DNA from: Phoronis australis
Lineage: Eukaryota; Animalia; Phoronida
Direction: 5' to 3'
Assembly: GCA_002633005.1 (NCBI GenBank)
Contig: NMRA01000025.1
Coordinates: forward strand, 1,343,160-1,407,159
Length of the DNA: 64,000 bases
The notes under the pieces were generated by a model. It ran no database searches, was not told the origin of the DNA, and saw only the letters and a program-made list of their open reading frames with translations. The position numbers were made by a program, and so were the translations under genes. Below, in pieces: positions 24,930 through 36,356 of the stretch; within the stretch, counting starts at the first letter, position 1, and every line of letters starts with the position of its first letter.

Positions 24930-25723
24930 GAGCATGTTGACGTACATTCATATAATGAGCATGTTGCCGTACATTCATATAATGAGCATGTTGACGTACA
25001 TTCATATAATGAGCATGTTGCCGTACATTCATATAATGAGCATGTTGACGTACATTCATATAATGAGCATGTTGACGTACATTCATATAATGAGCATGTT
25101 GCCGTACATTCATATAATGAGCATGTTGACGTACATTCATATAATGAGCATGTTGCCGTACATTCATATAATGAGCATGTTGACGTACATTCATATAATG
25201 AGCATGTTGACGTACATTCATATAATGAGCATGTTGCCGTACATTCATATAATGAGCATGTTGACGTACATTCATATAATGAGCATGTTGCCGTACATTC
25301 ATATAATGAGCATGTTGCCGTACATTCATATAATGAGCATGTTGACGTACATTCATATAATGAGCATGTTGCTGTACATTCATATAATGAGCATGTTGCT
25401 GTACATTCATATAATGTGCATGTTGCCGTATATTCATATAATGAGCATGTTGACGTACATTCATATAATGAGCATGTTGACGTACATTCATATAATGAGC
25501 ATGTTGCTGTACATTCATATAATGAGCATGTTGCTGTACATTCATATAATGTGCATGTTGCCGTATATTCATATAATGAGCATGTTGACGTACATTCATA
25601 TAATGAGCATGTTGCCGTATATTCATATAATGAGCATGTTGCCGTACATTCATATAATGTGCATATTTCTGTACATTCATATAATGAGCATGTTGCCGTA
25701 TATTCATATAATGTGCATGTTGC
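24930..25723. repeat. 27-bp minisatellite (~29.4 copies) in the KCTD15 intron
   Basis: Unit gagcatgttg(a/c)cgtacattcatataat, near-perfect copies. Confidence 0.98.
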
Positions 25724-26030
25724 ATGAAAAAAATTGCTCATTAACAACATCATTTGGTAATGTTTGCAATAATTGAAAAATGAGAAAATTGTTCTATGTA
25801 CAGGACCATTTTAACCACAGAAATTGAGGGTTGAAGGTAAAATCATCACCGTGTAAACGCGTCTTTCCTAGGTTAAATTGTACTTCATAAGAAGTTATCA
25901 TCTCGGGGTCTAACGGAGAAAAGGGGCGACGTCGTCGAGGTCTTACGAGAACAAATGGGATCTATTTGTGCACTTTCGAACGCTAATAGAGCATGAGTTC
26001 TATTTCTAAGTCCACGAAAAGCAGCAAGTA

Positions 26031-26250
26031 TCAGTGGCGGATTTTTATTTAAGGGGGCCGTGGCCCCTCTAAAATTGTACGAGATACCGGTTGGCAGTTT
26101 GGGTGCGAATTTGCTGACTAGCACATNNNNNNNNNNNNNNCGGGGATGAATAAACAATACATAGGCCCTGAACAAACCCCCCCTTTTTTTAGTCAAAAGG
26201 TCCGCAAACAAGGAAATTCGAGACCCCTGCATCCTTACGTTTTAGGCTCC
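26031..26250. mobile_element. CAGTGGCGGAT-type MITE fragment, same family as 34380-34689
   Basis: Shares cataggc..tgaacaaacccc...aaggtcc.caaac...aaattcgagacc..catcc.tac.ttttaggct with 34520-34614; spans the N gap. Confidence 0.6.
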
Positions 26251-26494
26251 AACTTGTTAATTACTCAGGATAGAAGTGACTTCTGTGCTTCATATCTAAC
26301 ACTTCGTAATCCCGCTAAGTTGGTCATTTTATGCGCCGAGAGAGTCCTCAAATAATATAAGTTCGTTCCAAGCCCATGAAATTCTTCCAATCTCAGTAAG
26401 GAGCAAGCTGAGACCGTAGACGTGAAAACACAAACCTTTGCGAGAGATCCCTCTCCATTTTAAGCGAAGCACGTCATGACCTTATGACCTTAGA

Positions 26495-27152
26495 TTCTTT
26501 CGCGAGATTCTTGCGACTAGCGAATTCACTGTTTTATAACTGCTAAGGGTCGTCTAAAGCATGAGTTCATTTTGGCAGATGGCGGGTTTAGAACCCCTTT
26601 AAAAATCTACGACTGTTTTGCAAAGGACATTTTAGTCAGCAACATATAAACGGGAAAGCCTGATGAGGCTCATAATGTCAAAGAAAAAACGAACACTGAT
26701 TGTATAGGAAACATTTGTCATAGGTCTGCCAAAATACCAACCAATTATGTTTTGGTCACAAAAGATCCAATTCTTTTGCTTCGATCTTGTTTCATTAATT
26801 TCTGCTTGCGGCTGTGCATTCAAAATGTAAAGTCTGGGTCTTGCGTATAGATTTTTAAGAGAATAAAAAATCAACAATTTGCCGGCGGCAATTCTATCGA
26901 CATCATTCAGCGGCTGTTTTATATGTTCCATCACCGCTACAGGCTGTATACATACAGCCAGCACGACACAGCTAATTTTTTTGGCTTTGTTCAGATCACA
27001 ATATGCATTGATATCATTTGTCGATAGGGTTTTCAGTTTACCCAAGACGCTTTCTACTTTGGTTATAAGCACATACCGCAGGCAAATTTCACCATGCATA
27101 ACATGCCTAATACAGGGTTGAGTTCTGTAGACGCAAGAATCTCGCGAAAGAA
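26495..27152. mobile_element. ~660-bp element bounded by inverted repeats
   Basis: ttctttcgcgagattcttgcg (26495-26515) is the exact reverse complement of cgcaagaatctcgcgaaagaa (27132-27152), with weaker pairing beyond. Confidence 0.65.
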
Positions 27153-27294
27153 GAAGCTGGTATGGCCACGTGCTTAATTGCTTAGTAATACACGGCGATA
27201 TTTCGCGACGTTTTGCGTGAGCTTGCGTTTTTGCAGATCAGTTTAACGTCACACCATCGAAACGCTGTCTAATACAACACATATGATGAAAATT

Positions 27295-27487
27295 ACGAAG
27301 ATCTTTTAATAATGAAGACGGTAACGACTACGATTACGATCTTGGTGACGATGACGATGTTGATAATGACGGTGGTTGTTTTGAGGATGATATTAGTAAT
27401 GAAGGTGACGAAAGCGATGATCATGATGACGACGACGAAGAAGATGATGGTGTGGTGATGACGATGACGATGATGATGATGATGATA
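27295..27487. repeat. Degenerate (GAT/GAC)n tract
   Basis: Triplet low complexity ending in a (GAT)n run. Confidence 0.9.
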
Positions 27488-28361
27488 GAACCTGAACGCG
27501 AGAATTCGTCTAAAGTGTTTCACCTTTCACTTTTCACGAGACCAATATATCAATGAAATAATGAATGACGTATACTTTGAGTCAGTACCACATTACAGTA
27601 CTGGCGTCTAATACACTTCTATCGAGTTTGATATTATTTGATCAGTGGAAGTTATGCAATAATTCTGGCCGTTTTGCTTCGTATTTTTACTAACAACATT
27701 TTGTAACAAAATCTAAGCCCGCAAGCCAGAAGTTATAGAATATAACTCTTTCTTGTCCGGCGTGTTTGCCACTGCCATTGTCTGGCATAGCCGGCAGGGA
27801 CACGCGAATGTTTCCTGTACACGGCGACTCGGGCTGAATACATTTCGTATTTGAATTACACCCTCAGGGTGATTTTGATAATTACAACTCTACAGACAAA
27901 TCCCTGTATTCAACGACTGGAGAATTATAAATCGTACTGTTTATGGTTACCCTTGGCATCGAAGGTTTAAATATTTTTGATCGCATGACAATCTAATATT
28001 CGATACCCCTCAGGGTAAACACAATTCTGCGCTAAAAACACGAACGCCCTTGTGTGTCTTAAGTAGAAACAGGCGGGTAATTCGACCACTACTCCAGCTT
28101 GCTCGAGTCAATTTGTCCGCCATTCGAATTTCTTGTTCGTTTAGATGTAACGTTAATCTAATAGAACACGATACTGGAACCAAAGTACGGTGTACGCATG
28201 CTCAGTCAGGGTGACACACGATGCACATGGTTTTAAATAAAAGCGAAAAAAGTTTATTACGCGACCAATAAGCAAGGTCTGTAACGTAACTTTGGTATAG
28301 TCAAAGCCGTCAGTTTCGAGTCATATACTGAGTCGTTCATAGCTTCACAATCTTGAATATG

Positions 28362-28517
28362 CAGTGCTGTAGTGGGGCGTAGGCGCATGTAGGCGCAGCC
28401 AACCACCTTCTGGCATTTCAACGTAGCGCCTACGCACCATAAGTTACGTTCAGTGCTCAAGTTGATACGGTGGGCTCTGGGCGCCTACTTACCTCGAGTT
28501 TTACCACTACAGCACTC
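28362..28517. mobile_element. hAT-type MITE (156 bp)
   Basis: TIR CAGTGCTGTAGTGG..CCACTACAGCACT(C); decayed 8-bp TSD tgaatatg/cgagtatg (6/8 match). Confidence 0.7.
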
Positions 28518-29831
28518 CGAGTATGAAGTCTTCAAGCAAAAATTGGTAACTCCACTGAGGAATTCTAGACGTCGTATTGGGTTCTCAATTCTTGAAACCA
28601 GCGACCTCTATTGACGAATTTAGCACTTCTGTTGCGAAATTTAGTACGAGAAACATTTTTAGAAAACACAAATGAATCATCAATACAAATTACCTAATTT
28701 ACTTGGAGTCATTAAATATATATATACTGGCGTAATTTTCATTTTGTTATTTTCGACAACCTGACATTAGTGAACTTTTCGTGATAAGCGATTAAATTAG
28801 GGCCTAAATGTCTTCTTCTGTTCATCTCGAATCATTTCGCATTAACTTGAAGTCCACGTGGACTTTTCTGAGATGAATTTCACCAAATTGGTCAGATGTT
28901 CTTTTCGTTTGCCAAATAAAGAAATTGAAGATCAATTTTATGTGCACGTGTTCAGTTGATTTAGGCTGATATGATTTCGATATTGATATCGTTGCAATGC
29001 AGCTTAGGAGACAAACGGAAAAATTAAACACCACGAAAACATGAACTCAAGGAAACAAAAACTTGTGAAAAAAAATTTGTTTGTTAAATCTCGTCTCCTT
29101 GGTGGAAGTATCTGTCACTAAAAGGTTGGAAAGATCAAGGACAGTATTAATCGCTTGAATTCTTTCGCAACTGGTATTCGTTTACTTTATCTAGACAAAG
29201 TTTATGTGTTTTCGAAAAAGCCTGCACATAGGTCACTTCCCAGGGGGTTGTACTCTGTTTTTCATCCCCGCTGTGACATGTGCTTGACCCACTAGTTTAG
29301 CCTTGAGGTAAAACTCACGCGGATCACGAACAATGTCACGCCAGTACATTTTAACGTCAGCATGGTCACGCCTCATCTGATCTGAAGGATTGCAACTTTC
29401 CGACATTTTTTTTAAATTTCTTGTCCTTTTCAGTTCTTGTTATCTCCCGCTAACAATAAAGTTTTCCTTTTTGTCATTATTTACGATTTGTTCTGATTCT
29501 GAGAAAATGGGTAAATTTTTACCGGAGGCGACATTTCCTCCACCAGATGACCCGGGTTATAACAACGTGTTTAATGTTCCGTGAAGAGTGTATTCTTCTT
29601 TTGGTTCTGCCATGAGGAAAACATAACTTCGGAATAGTTTTCATTTAGTGGAAAATAGATATAAATTACGATTCAACTGAAATAGTGTTATCGTACGATA
29701 AAAATACTATCAAGTCATTACAAAAAGATTTTGAAATGTCTGGTACCTGTTAGGAAGGTAGTTTGTGGCAAGATTCACGTGCCACGTGTGGTCAACAGTC
29801 AACTCAATCATCATTCTTGACGGGTTGGTGG

Positions 29832-29863
29832 TTCGGGCCAACAGAGGCGATGGTCATTGCCTA
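29832..29863. mobile_element. Isolated 32-bp terminal fragment of the 56.2-58.0 kb long-TIR family
   Basis: ttcgggccaacagaggcgatggtcattgccta is identical to the ends at 57084 and 57834. Confidence 0.85.
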
Positions 29864-32800
29864 TGGTTAGAGAAACACGTAAGACATGGTTGTTACATCA
29901 ATACAAAAGCGACGTGTTCAATGGTGCTACACTTCTTTTAATTTTATTGGTGAACAAATTTCTCTTCTCTTAAACAGTTTTTTTCTTTTCTCTAGCGCGA
30001 TTATGCCTTTATCGAGGTCCGATTTCTTTACTTGCAAAACACGTCGACTGATTTGAACCGATCTGGTTGGATAACGTTATTAGAAACAAAAGAATGCTGT
30101 TGGCGGGATTTCGAATCAAACAAATGAGCTTGAAAGTCAAGAACAAAACCCTGCGGTTTGTCTTGCGCCAACGCGTTGGGGAATGTAGAACGTATGGTCA
30201 GACAAGGGATGATCTGGTTAGATCTCCCTCAGGAAGTTAGCGCGATCACGTGCTTTGCATGACCCTACTTCGCGAAGTCTTGCGTTTCCGCGAGATTCTC
30301 GCCCCTACGGAACGCACGCCTGGTCTCCTTCAGGCGATCGTGTACCATAAGAAAATTGCTAACCATATGTGCATGCTGCAGTCTTACTTATGTATGAGTT
30401 TTCCCAGCTGACCATTTCTATCACATGCCGAGAGGAGGAAGTGAAGAAAAATGATAACGAGGCCTTCTTGAAAATAGCGCTTAGTCCCCGTTCTGTGAAA
30501 AAATGTAATGAGTTTTTCAACAATAGGTTTTCACGGCAAAGCATTTTCGGTGATCAGCCCCAATTAGGCAGAAAAATTTGTACCTGAACGGCAACTGCTG
30601 GTCTGGAAATCCGTATCAGAATACCCATGTGTTCTAGTGGCATAGAGCAAACGTGTTTTATACATCAAAAGAAAAACTAATACGTCAAATGCACGAGCCC
30701 CGGGGCTGCATTACGAGAGAAACTAAAACCTGGTTTCTATGTCCATGAGCGAAAATCAATTAAAACACACACGACTGCGTTAATTTCTTTTGGCCTGTCA
30801 ACCTTACTATAATCAAGAAGCATTTTATATAAAACTGCCCAGGGCCAGTGCCAAAACCATCCACGGGCTAACACGGCGCCGTATTCTTTCATAAATACTT
30901 TTTGTTCGCTCAAGTCCACTCTGCATTTTGTAAGTCGCGAAAACAAACGGCCTCCAGGCATATAGACAGAGGCTGTCAATTGAATGCGAGTTTGACAATG
31001 TCGCCATTATGGCCGAATCCAAATCTCGATCGTGCCGCCATCTTTTTCGCAAAAACATGCGAGAAATTTCCACTCATTGTCAACATTCCTCAGGCGATGG
31101 CAAGAATCGTTCACTGTGGGCCTCAGCGAACTATGCACACGCGTATATTTACCAAAGAAAAATTACATGTGAAATTGCTTCTCTAGGCAGAATAAAACGA
31201 ATTACGGACAGCCTCGTGTAATAATATTTGATTGCCGTCTGCCGGAGACATGATCAGTGTGGGTACCTGTGTCAAATTATTTAATTTGTAATTGTCCACA
31301 GGTTAACTCCGCATGACACAATGTCGTTTTACATAATTTGGAAATTGCCTTATGGGACAACCAACCTCGCGCGCTCCCCGAGCAACAGTCTGATGTTGAT
31401 AAAGTATAATGCGAAACGTTTTAGGATATCCGGTTATAATTATGTTGTCCGCTCAGAATTAAAGCTTTGGCAATGTTGTTTGTGAATGCAATAGCTGTTA
31501 CGAAGGCGAAACTGACATTTTCTTTATGTCATAATGTTTTTGGATGAGTCAGTACGAAACCAAAACTTCATGTATCAAACAACGAAACGTGAACAAGTAC
31601 GCCACGATTATTATCATTTTCGCTATTACAATTGGGTAGAGACCGAATTGCATGGCTGTGGCTGTGTTTCAGTCGCTAAAATGCACTAAAGACCAGTCCA
31701 GACGAGTACACCAAACCCGCGATAGAAATCCTCGACCAGCACCCCCATAACTAAGTCCGAAAATGTTCCGTTTTCGACTACCCTAGTTTCAAGACAAGAT
31801 GCCTCAGCCGGATTTAAATCCACACCTTGTATTTGATCACTATCTTTATCATTTGCATTGTCTTTACTAAGTATCTATTAGTACTGCGTATAAATAACGA
31901 GCCTACGCTTGCTCTTCTTCTAGCTAGTATTTTCTCTAATGTCATGCCGCTTGACTTTTTATCGCTTCTGTTACGATAATGTTCAGTGCCGATGAAGACT
32001 GTGCTTTTGGTAACAATTTGCCCAAATATGGCACAGAATGCTGACTCACTGTCGCTTATGGCAGACCCTCACGTGATTGGTTTTCATGTCCGTAGTTCCA
32101 AAGACCTGATTTTGATCGCAGAGCCGGTGGCAACTGGTTGAGTTATTCTCAACATGATGCAACATCTACAAATCTACAACTTTGGGAATGGGACTCGGCG
32201 ACGCTTGGGTAATTAGCAGACTCGGTGCTAGAAGACAAACAGGCCTTCGTAAACTGTGCCAGATAACGCTCGCGGACATCACATGTGTTCACCAGCACAG
32301 CAGTGAACCACTACTGATCCATAAATGTTTTAAGAGGCTCATCGTGAGACGGCATGCTCCATGCTGTTTAGACTAGCTTGTTTACAAAAACAACCACCAG
32401 TGCTAAGTGCGTGGAGGCAAATCAGATGTTTCGGTACGCCACCTTGCGACTGTCCCGCAAGTTATGATGTCCACACCGTGGGACGGGCATAAGAATGAAT
32501 ATTCACAATGATGAATGACTGTCGCTTTGTTGACGTTGTCTCTTGTAGACTGAACGGTTGACATGCATGAGCATAAAAATCTCCGAATGGCATTATGACA
32601 AAATTGGAATTTCCAGGGCTACGTCGATATTTCGAAACTATAGGCCTACATACGTTTCATGTATTGTCGGACAGAATGTCAGTGACACAGTTGAGTTTCA
32701 AAATATCACGCGTCTAAAATTGAGTTGACAATCACACCCTACAACTAATCTGAGCTAAGCTCCGTTGACATAAAAATATTTCGCGAGTAATTAGTTTGAT

Positions 32801-34379
32801 GACGTGTCTTGCTACGGTGTAATTACTTGCGCGCTGTCTCGCGAAGACTTTAGTGATCTTGTGTTTTATGAGGTGGAATCTAGAGTTAAAAATGCGGAAC
32901 AAAACGCGGATATAGTGGTTGCATTTTAAATGGTAGATACACCCATATGTCAGTAAATAGACATGTTTCCTATGAAATATGACTTCTTTCACTAAAAAAA
33001 CGACAGAAACGTACATATATATAGGCTCTAAATCAACTTTTCGCCAGAAAAACAGTTTTGAAGAGATCTTGGAACATTTTCTTTGAAATTTACTCCAAGA
33101 ATGATAACCAGTACGAGATTTTGGTCTTGGGTTTCGAGATTACAGGCACTGTTTTCGGAGTCAACTGGTCAGTGGGTGACTAGCAAAACAGTCCGCAAGG
33201 TTAACAAGTTTGAATGCTAAAATAGTACCAATAAGGGATCGGCAAGAATGTCTATGTGTGTGTGTGTGTGTGCGTGAGCGAGTGCGCGTGTTTCGAAAAA
33301 TAAAGGGCGGGTCACTTGGTGCATACCTCGTAGGCTCTAAGGCAGATAGAGGGTAACCCGACACTGAACGGGTGTCAAATACCGCCAGTTTTGTAACAAG
33401 CAAATTGCTTGTAATCCATTCAGTGTAAATATAAAAAACTCGCCAGAGGCCCGTATCCTTTGTCGAAACAGCTGCGGACGCAATGCGGGCCCCGGGCACC
33501 GTGCCCCGCACTAAAATGCATTGTAGTCAGGAAATAGTGTCACTTTATATTTGAGTACAACTCGATTCTTCATTTGCATCTAATGAATTCCTAAGTGGCT
33601 TTGAAAGCATGTAGTCTCACGTCTATGCAATTGTTATTTCCCTTTCCGACACTTCAACTTCAATATGCCATCACGACAATACATAGCTGCCGTTAGATTC
33701 CTACACTTTATGTGTGGTTGATGCGACCTTCAATTTGAAAAATGCTGAATTGAATAGGGATTTTTGGAACTTTTATTCTGAAGATGCAGAGCATTCCTAC
33801 ACCACACGTGGTCTAGAACATTCTTGGAGTCACCTTTAGTCGTCGATACCTGAGTTTACATACACCGAAGCAATGTTTTTCTGTAATCGACTGGTGTTTA
33901 CCGAAGTCGCTAAAATATCTTAAATATAACCCTGCACTGAACACAGATGGGGCACATTGCCTCCGGAACTTCGACTTAGACTTACGAAGCTTGCCTTTGA
34001 AGTGATTTTGTGTAGACACCTGCTTCATGGGCACGTTCTAAGTCACAAGAATGTTTTTTATCAGAGGCGCACATTATTGCCATCTTCATCATGTTATATC
34101 TTCTTTTTTGTTGACTGAATTCAATTATCCCAACTCGTATTTTTATGAAAAAGGGTGACGTAGCAAAAAGACACGGAGTACGCCGGAACATGGAGAACTA
34201 ATGCAGACGAATAAATTATGTTAAGATTGATGTATTTAACCAATTGCGATCCCCGGAAGGTGTCGTTCATGACGGAAATTCTATTGCGGCTACATTGAAA
34301 TTGTGACAATTTTTTCAGTTCGTTACATGGTTTAAAAACGCGAGGTGAAATGGAAGCATTCTGTAGTTTTAGATGTCTC

Positions 34380-34688
34380 TCTGTAGTCCCTAACGTTTTA
34401 GCCCCCCCCCCCCTCCTAAAATTCTCCCAGATTCCATTTGGCAGTCCGGGGAGCGAATTGCTGAGTAGCATATGCACGCTCCCAGTGGGGGGGGGGGCTC
34501 GGGAGGGGAATGCACAATGCATAGGCTTTGAACAAACCCCGTTTGTTTTTTTTTAGTAATAAGGTCCACAAACCCAAAAATTCGAGACCTCCTACATCCC
34601 TACATTTTAGGCTGCGCCCGCGCATGAGGCGAAATTCTGGTTATTCCTATGCCCTGCCCCTCAACTCAAAATCCTGGATCCGCCCCTG
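34380..34688. mobile_element. GC-rich MITE ending ...GGATCCGCCCCTG
   Basis: Typical CAGGGGCGGATCC-type terminus; internal similarity to 26090-26250. Confidence 0.6.
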
Positions 34689-35575
34689 GTTACATACCGA
34701 GAATTTCCGCACACGGCGGTTCCCCTAACATAGGAACACGGAAACTTTTCTGAATGTAGGCTCAGCTTATGGGGTCGTGATTGAAATTTTTTGGGGGTTT
34801 CCTTTAATGAAAAAATGTCAGCGAGTGTCAAAAACAAGGTTTAATAGATGACTGAAAAAATCAGTTTATTTCAACTCGTTTATTTGCAAACTCAACATAA
34901 CTAAGGGTTCCATTGTCACCCCTACTTATTCTATTCCATGGCGAACGTTGACACATTTTCCGTTAAAAGGGTTATGTTTATGTTTGGTGAATTAGAAAGG
35001 TGAAAATATCATGCTAGTTAATATTCGGATATGCGCCCTTAGCTCACCATCAGAAATTTACGGAACCAGGGTGTAGTTAAGCAGAAAATGTAACGATCCA
35101 ACTAAACTGAGAAATCACGAAAGTATTATTATCTAGTGCTGTCGGTGTAACATTTATAGTGACATTCTCGGCGAAAAAAGCAATTTTACAGGAAGTAGCA
35201 GTTACGCAAAATCGAACTCACCAGTTACTCAGTTTCAGCCGAACGCTCAGCGGCTGAGACAAATCTCAAAAGCTTTTGAATGGTAATGACACCGAATGTC
35301 TGACAGACAACAGCGATCATTGGCGTTTTGTAATAAAATCACAAAAGCACATCGGATTTTATTGTCAAATTTATTAACCTTAAGAAGTCCATCCCATTCA
35401 TCAATAATCCTAAAATGCGTTTTTCGGCCGAAAAATCGAGAATATCCCTTTAAGTAATCATACGAAACTGGAAATCCTTTTATTAAACTATATAAACGAC
35501 ATAGGCACTTTTTAGTTTTGAATGGGAAAAGATCTTGGTTGTCAAGTGGGTTCATTGATTCTTTGTTCTTTTCAG

Positions 35576-36194
35576 GTATTCAGACAGCAAGCTTGCCAAA
35601 ATGTTCAACGGAAATATACCCATAATCCTCGATAGTCTGAAGCAACACTATTTCATAGACAGAGATGGAAAGATGTTTCGTCACATCCTAAACTTCCTGC
35701 GAACAAACCAACTGATAATCCCAGAGAACTTTCAGGACATTGATCTTTTGTACGAAGAAGCAAAGTTTTACGACATCGCCCCGCTTATCAAGGCTATCAT
35801 ACAGCATAAGGCAAACAAAACCATGCTTTTGTCTCCGAAAGACAAGAACGAAGTTTCCCAGAAAAAGGACAGTTTCGTATGCCAGTGTGTTGTAATGTAC
35901 GTGAGTCCAGTTCTCAAAGAAAGAATCTCTATAAGCGCAGACCGCGCGTTGTTGGAGGAAATACTCCCAGAGCTCAACTCAGCTCTGTGCGATTCGAGAA
36001 ATTGTGGTTACAATTTGGACAATCGTTACGTCATCCGTTTCCCCGTGAACGGTCACTGCGAATTGAATTCCGTCGAAATCATGCAAAAAATGTTGAACGA
36101 TGGCTTCGAAGTAATCGCGTCGAACGGTGGGGGTGTAGAAGGCCAACAGTTTAGCGAATATTTATTTTGTCGACGATTGCCCTCCGGTCAGTGA
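35576..36194 (+). CDS. KCTD15: KCTD1/KCTD15 terminal coding exon (rest of BTB domain and C-terminal domain)
   Basis: Acceptor ttcttttcag|G; reads (K)YSDSKLAKMFNGNIPIILDSLKQHYFIDRDGKMFRHILNFLRT...YVIRFPVNGHCELNSVEIMQ...SNGGGVEGQQFSEYLFCR, diagnostic of KCTD1/15; phase matches the 20145 donor; stop TGA 36192-36194. 283 aa from ATG 19913. Confidence 0.97.
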
Positions 36195-36350
36195 ACTGGG
36201 TGCAGCCCGGACACAATGCCGAGTATGACATTATAAATACATCTGGCGCTTATATAGGCACTGTGTTACCAAAGAAATATTTTCTCATGTGAATTGTATT
36301 TAGCTTTAAAATAACTGCGAGCGGTGGAAGAAAAAACTCTGGCGCTTAAT

Positions 36351-36356
36351 AATAAA
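36351..36356 (+). terminator. Candidate polyadenylation signal for KCTD15 (alternatives at 36454 and 38019)
   Basis: First AATAAA after the stop codon. Confidence 0.3.

Noticed and set aside
24859-25776. 280-288-aa ORFs with 9-residue repeats as real proteins
   Set aside because: They arise from a stop-free 27-bp minisatellite in an intron; several frames are open on both strands with no unique domain.
35260-35453. Complete Kolobok element ending ...ATATCCCT|TTAA
   Set aside because: The end looks Kolobok-like but I could not find a partner terminus, so boundaries cannot be supported.
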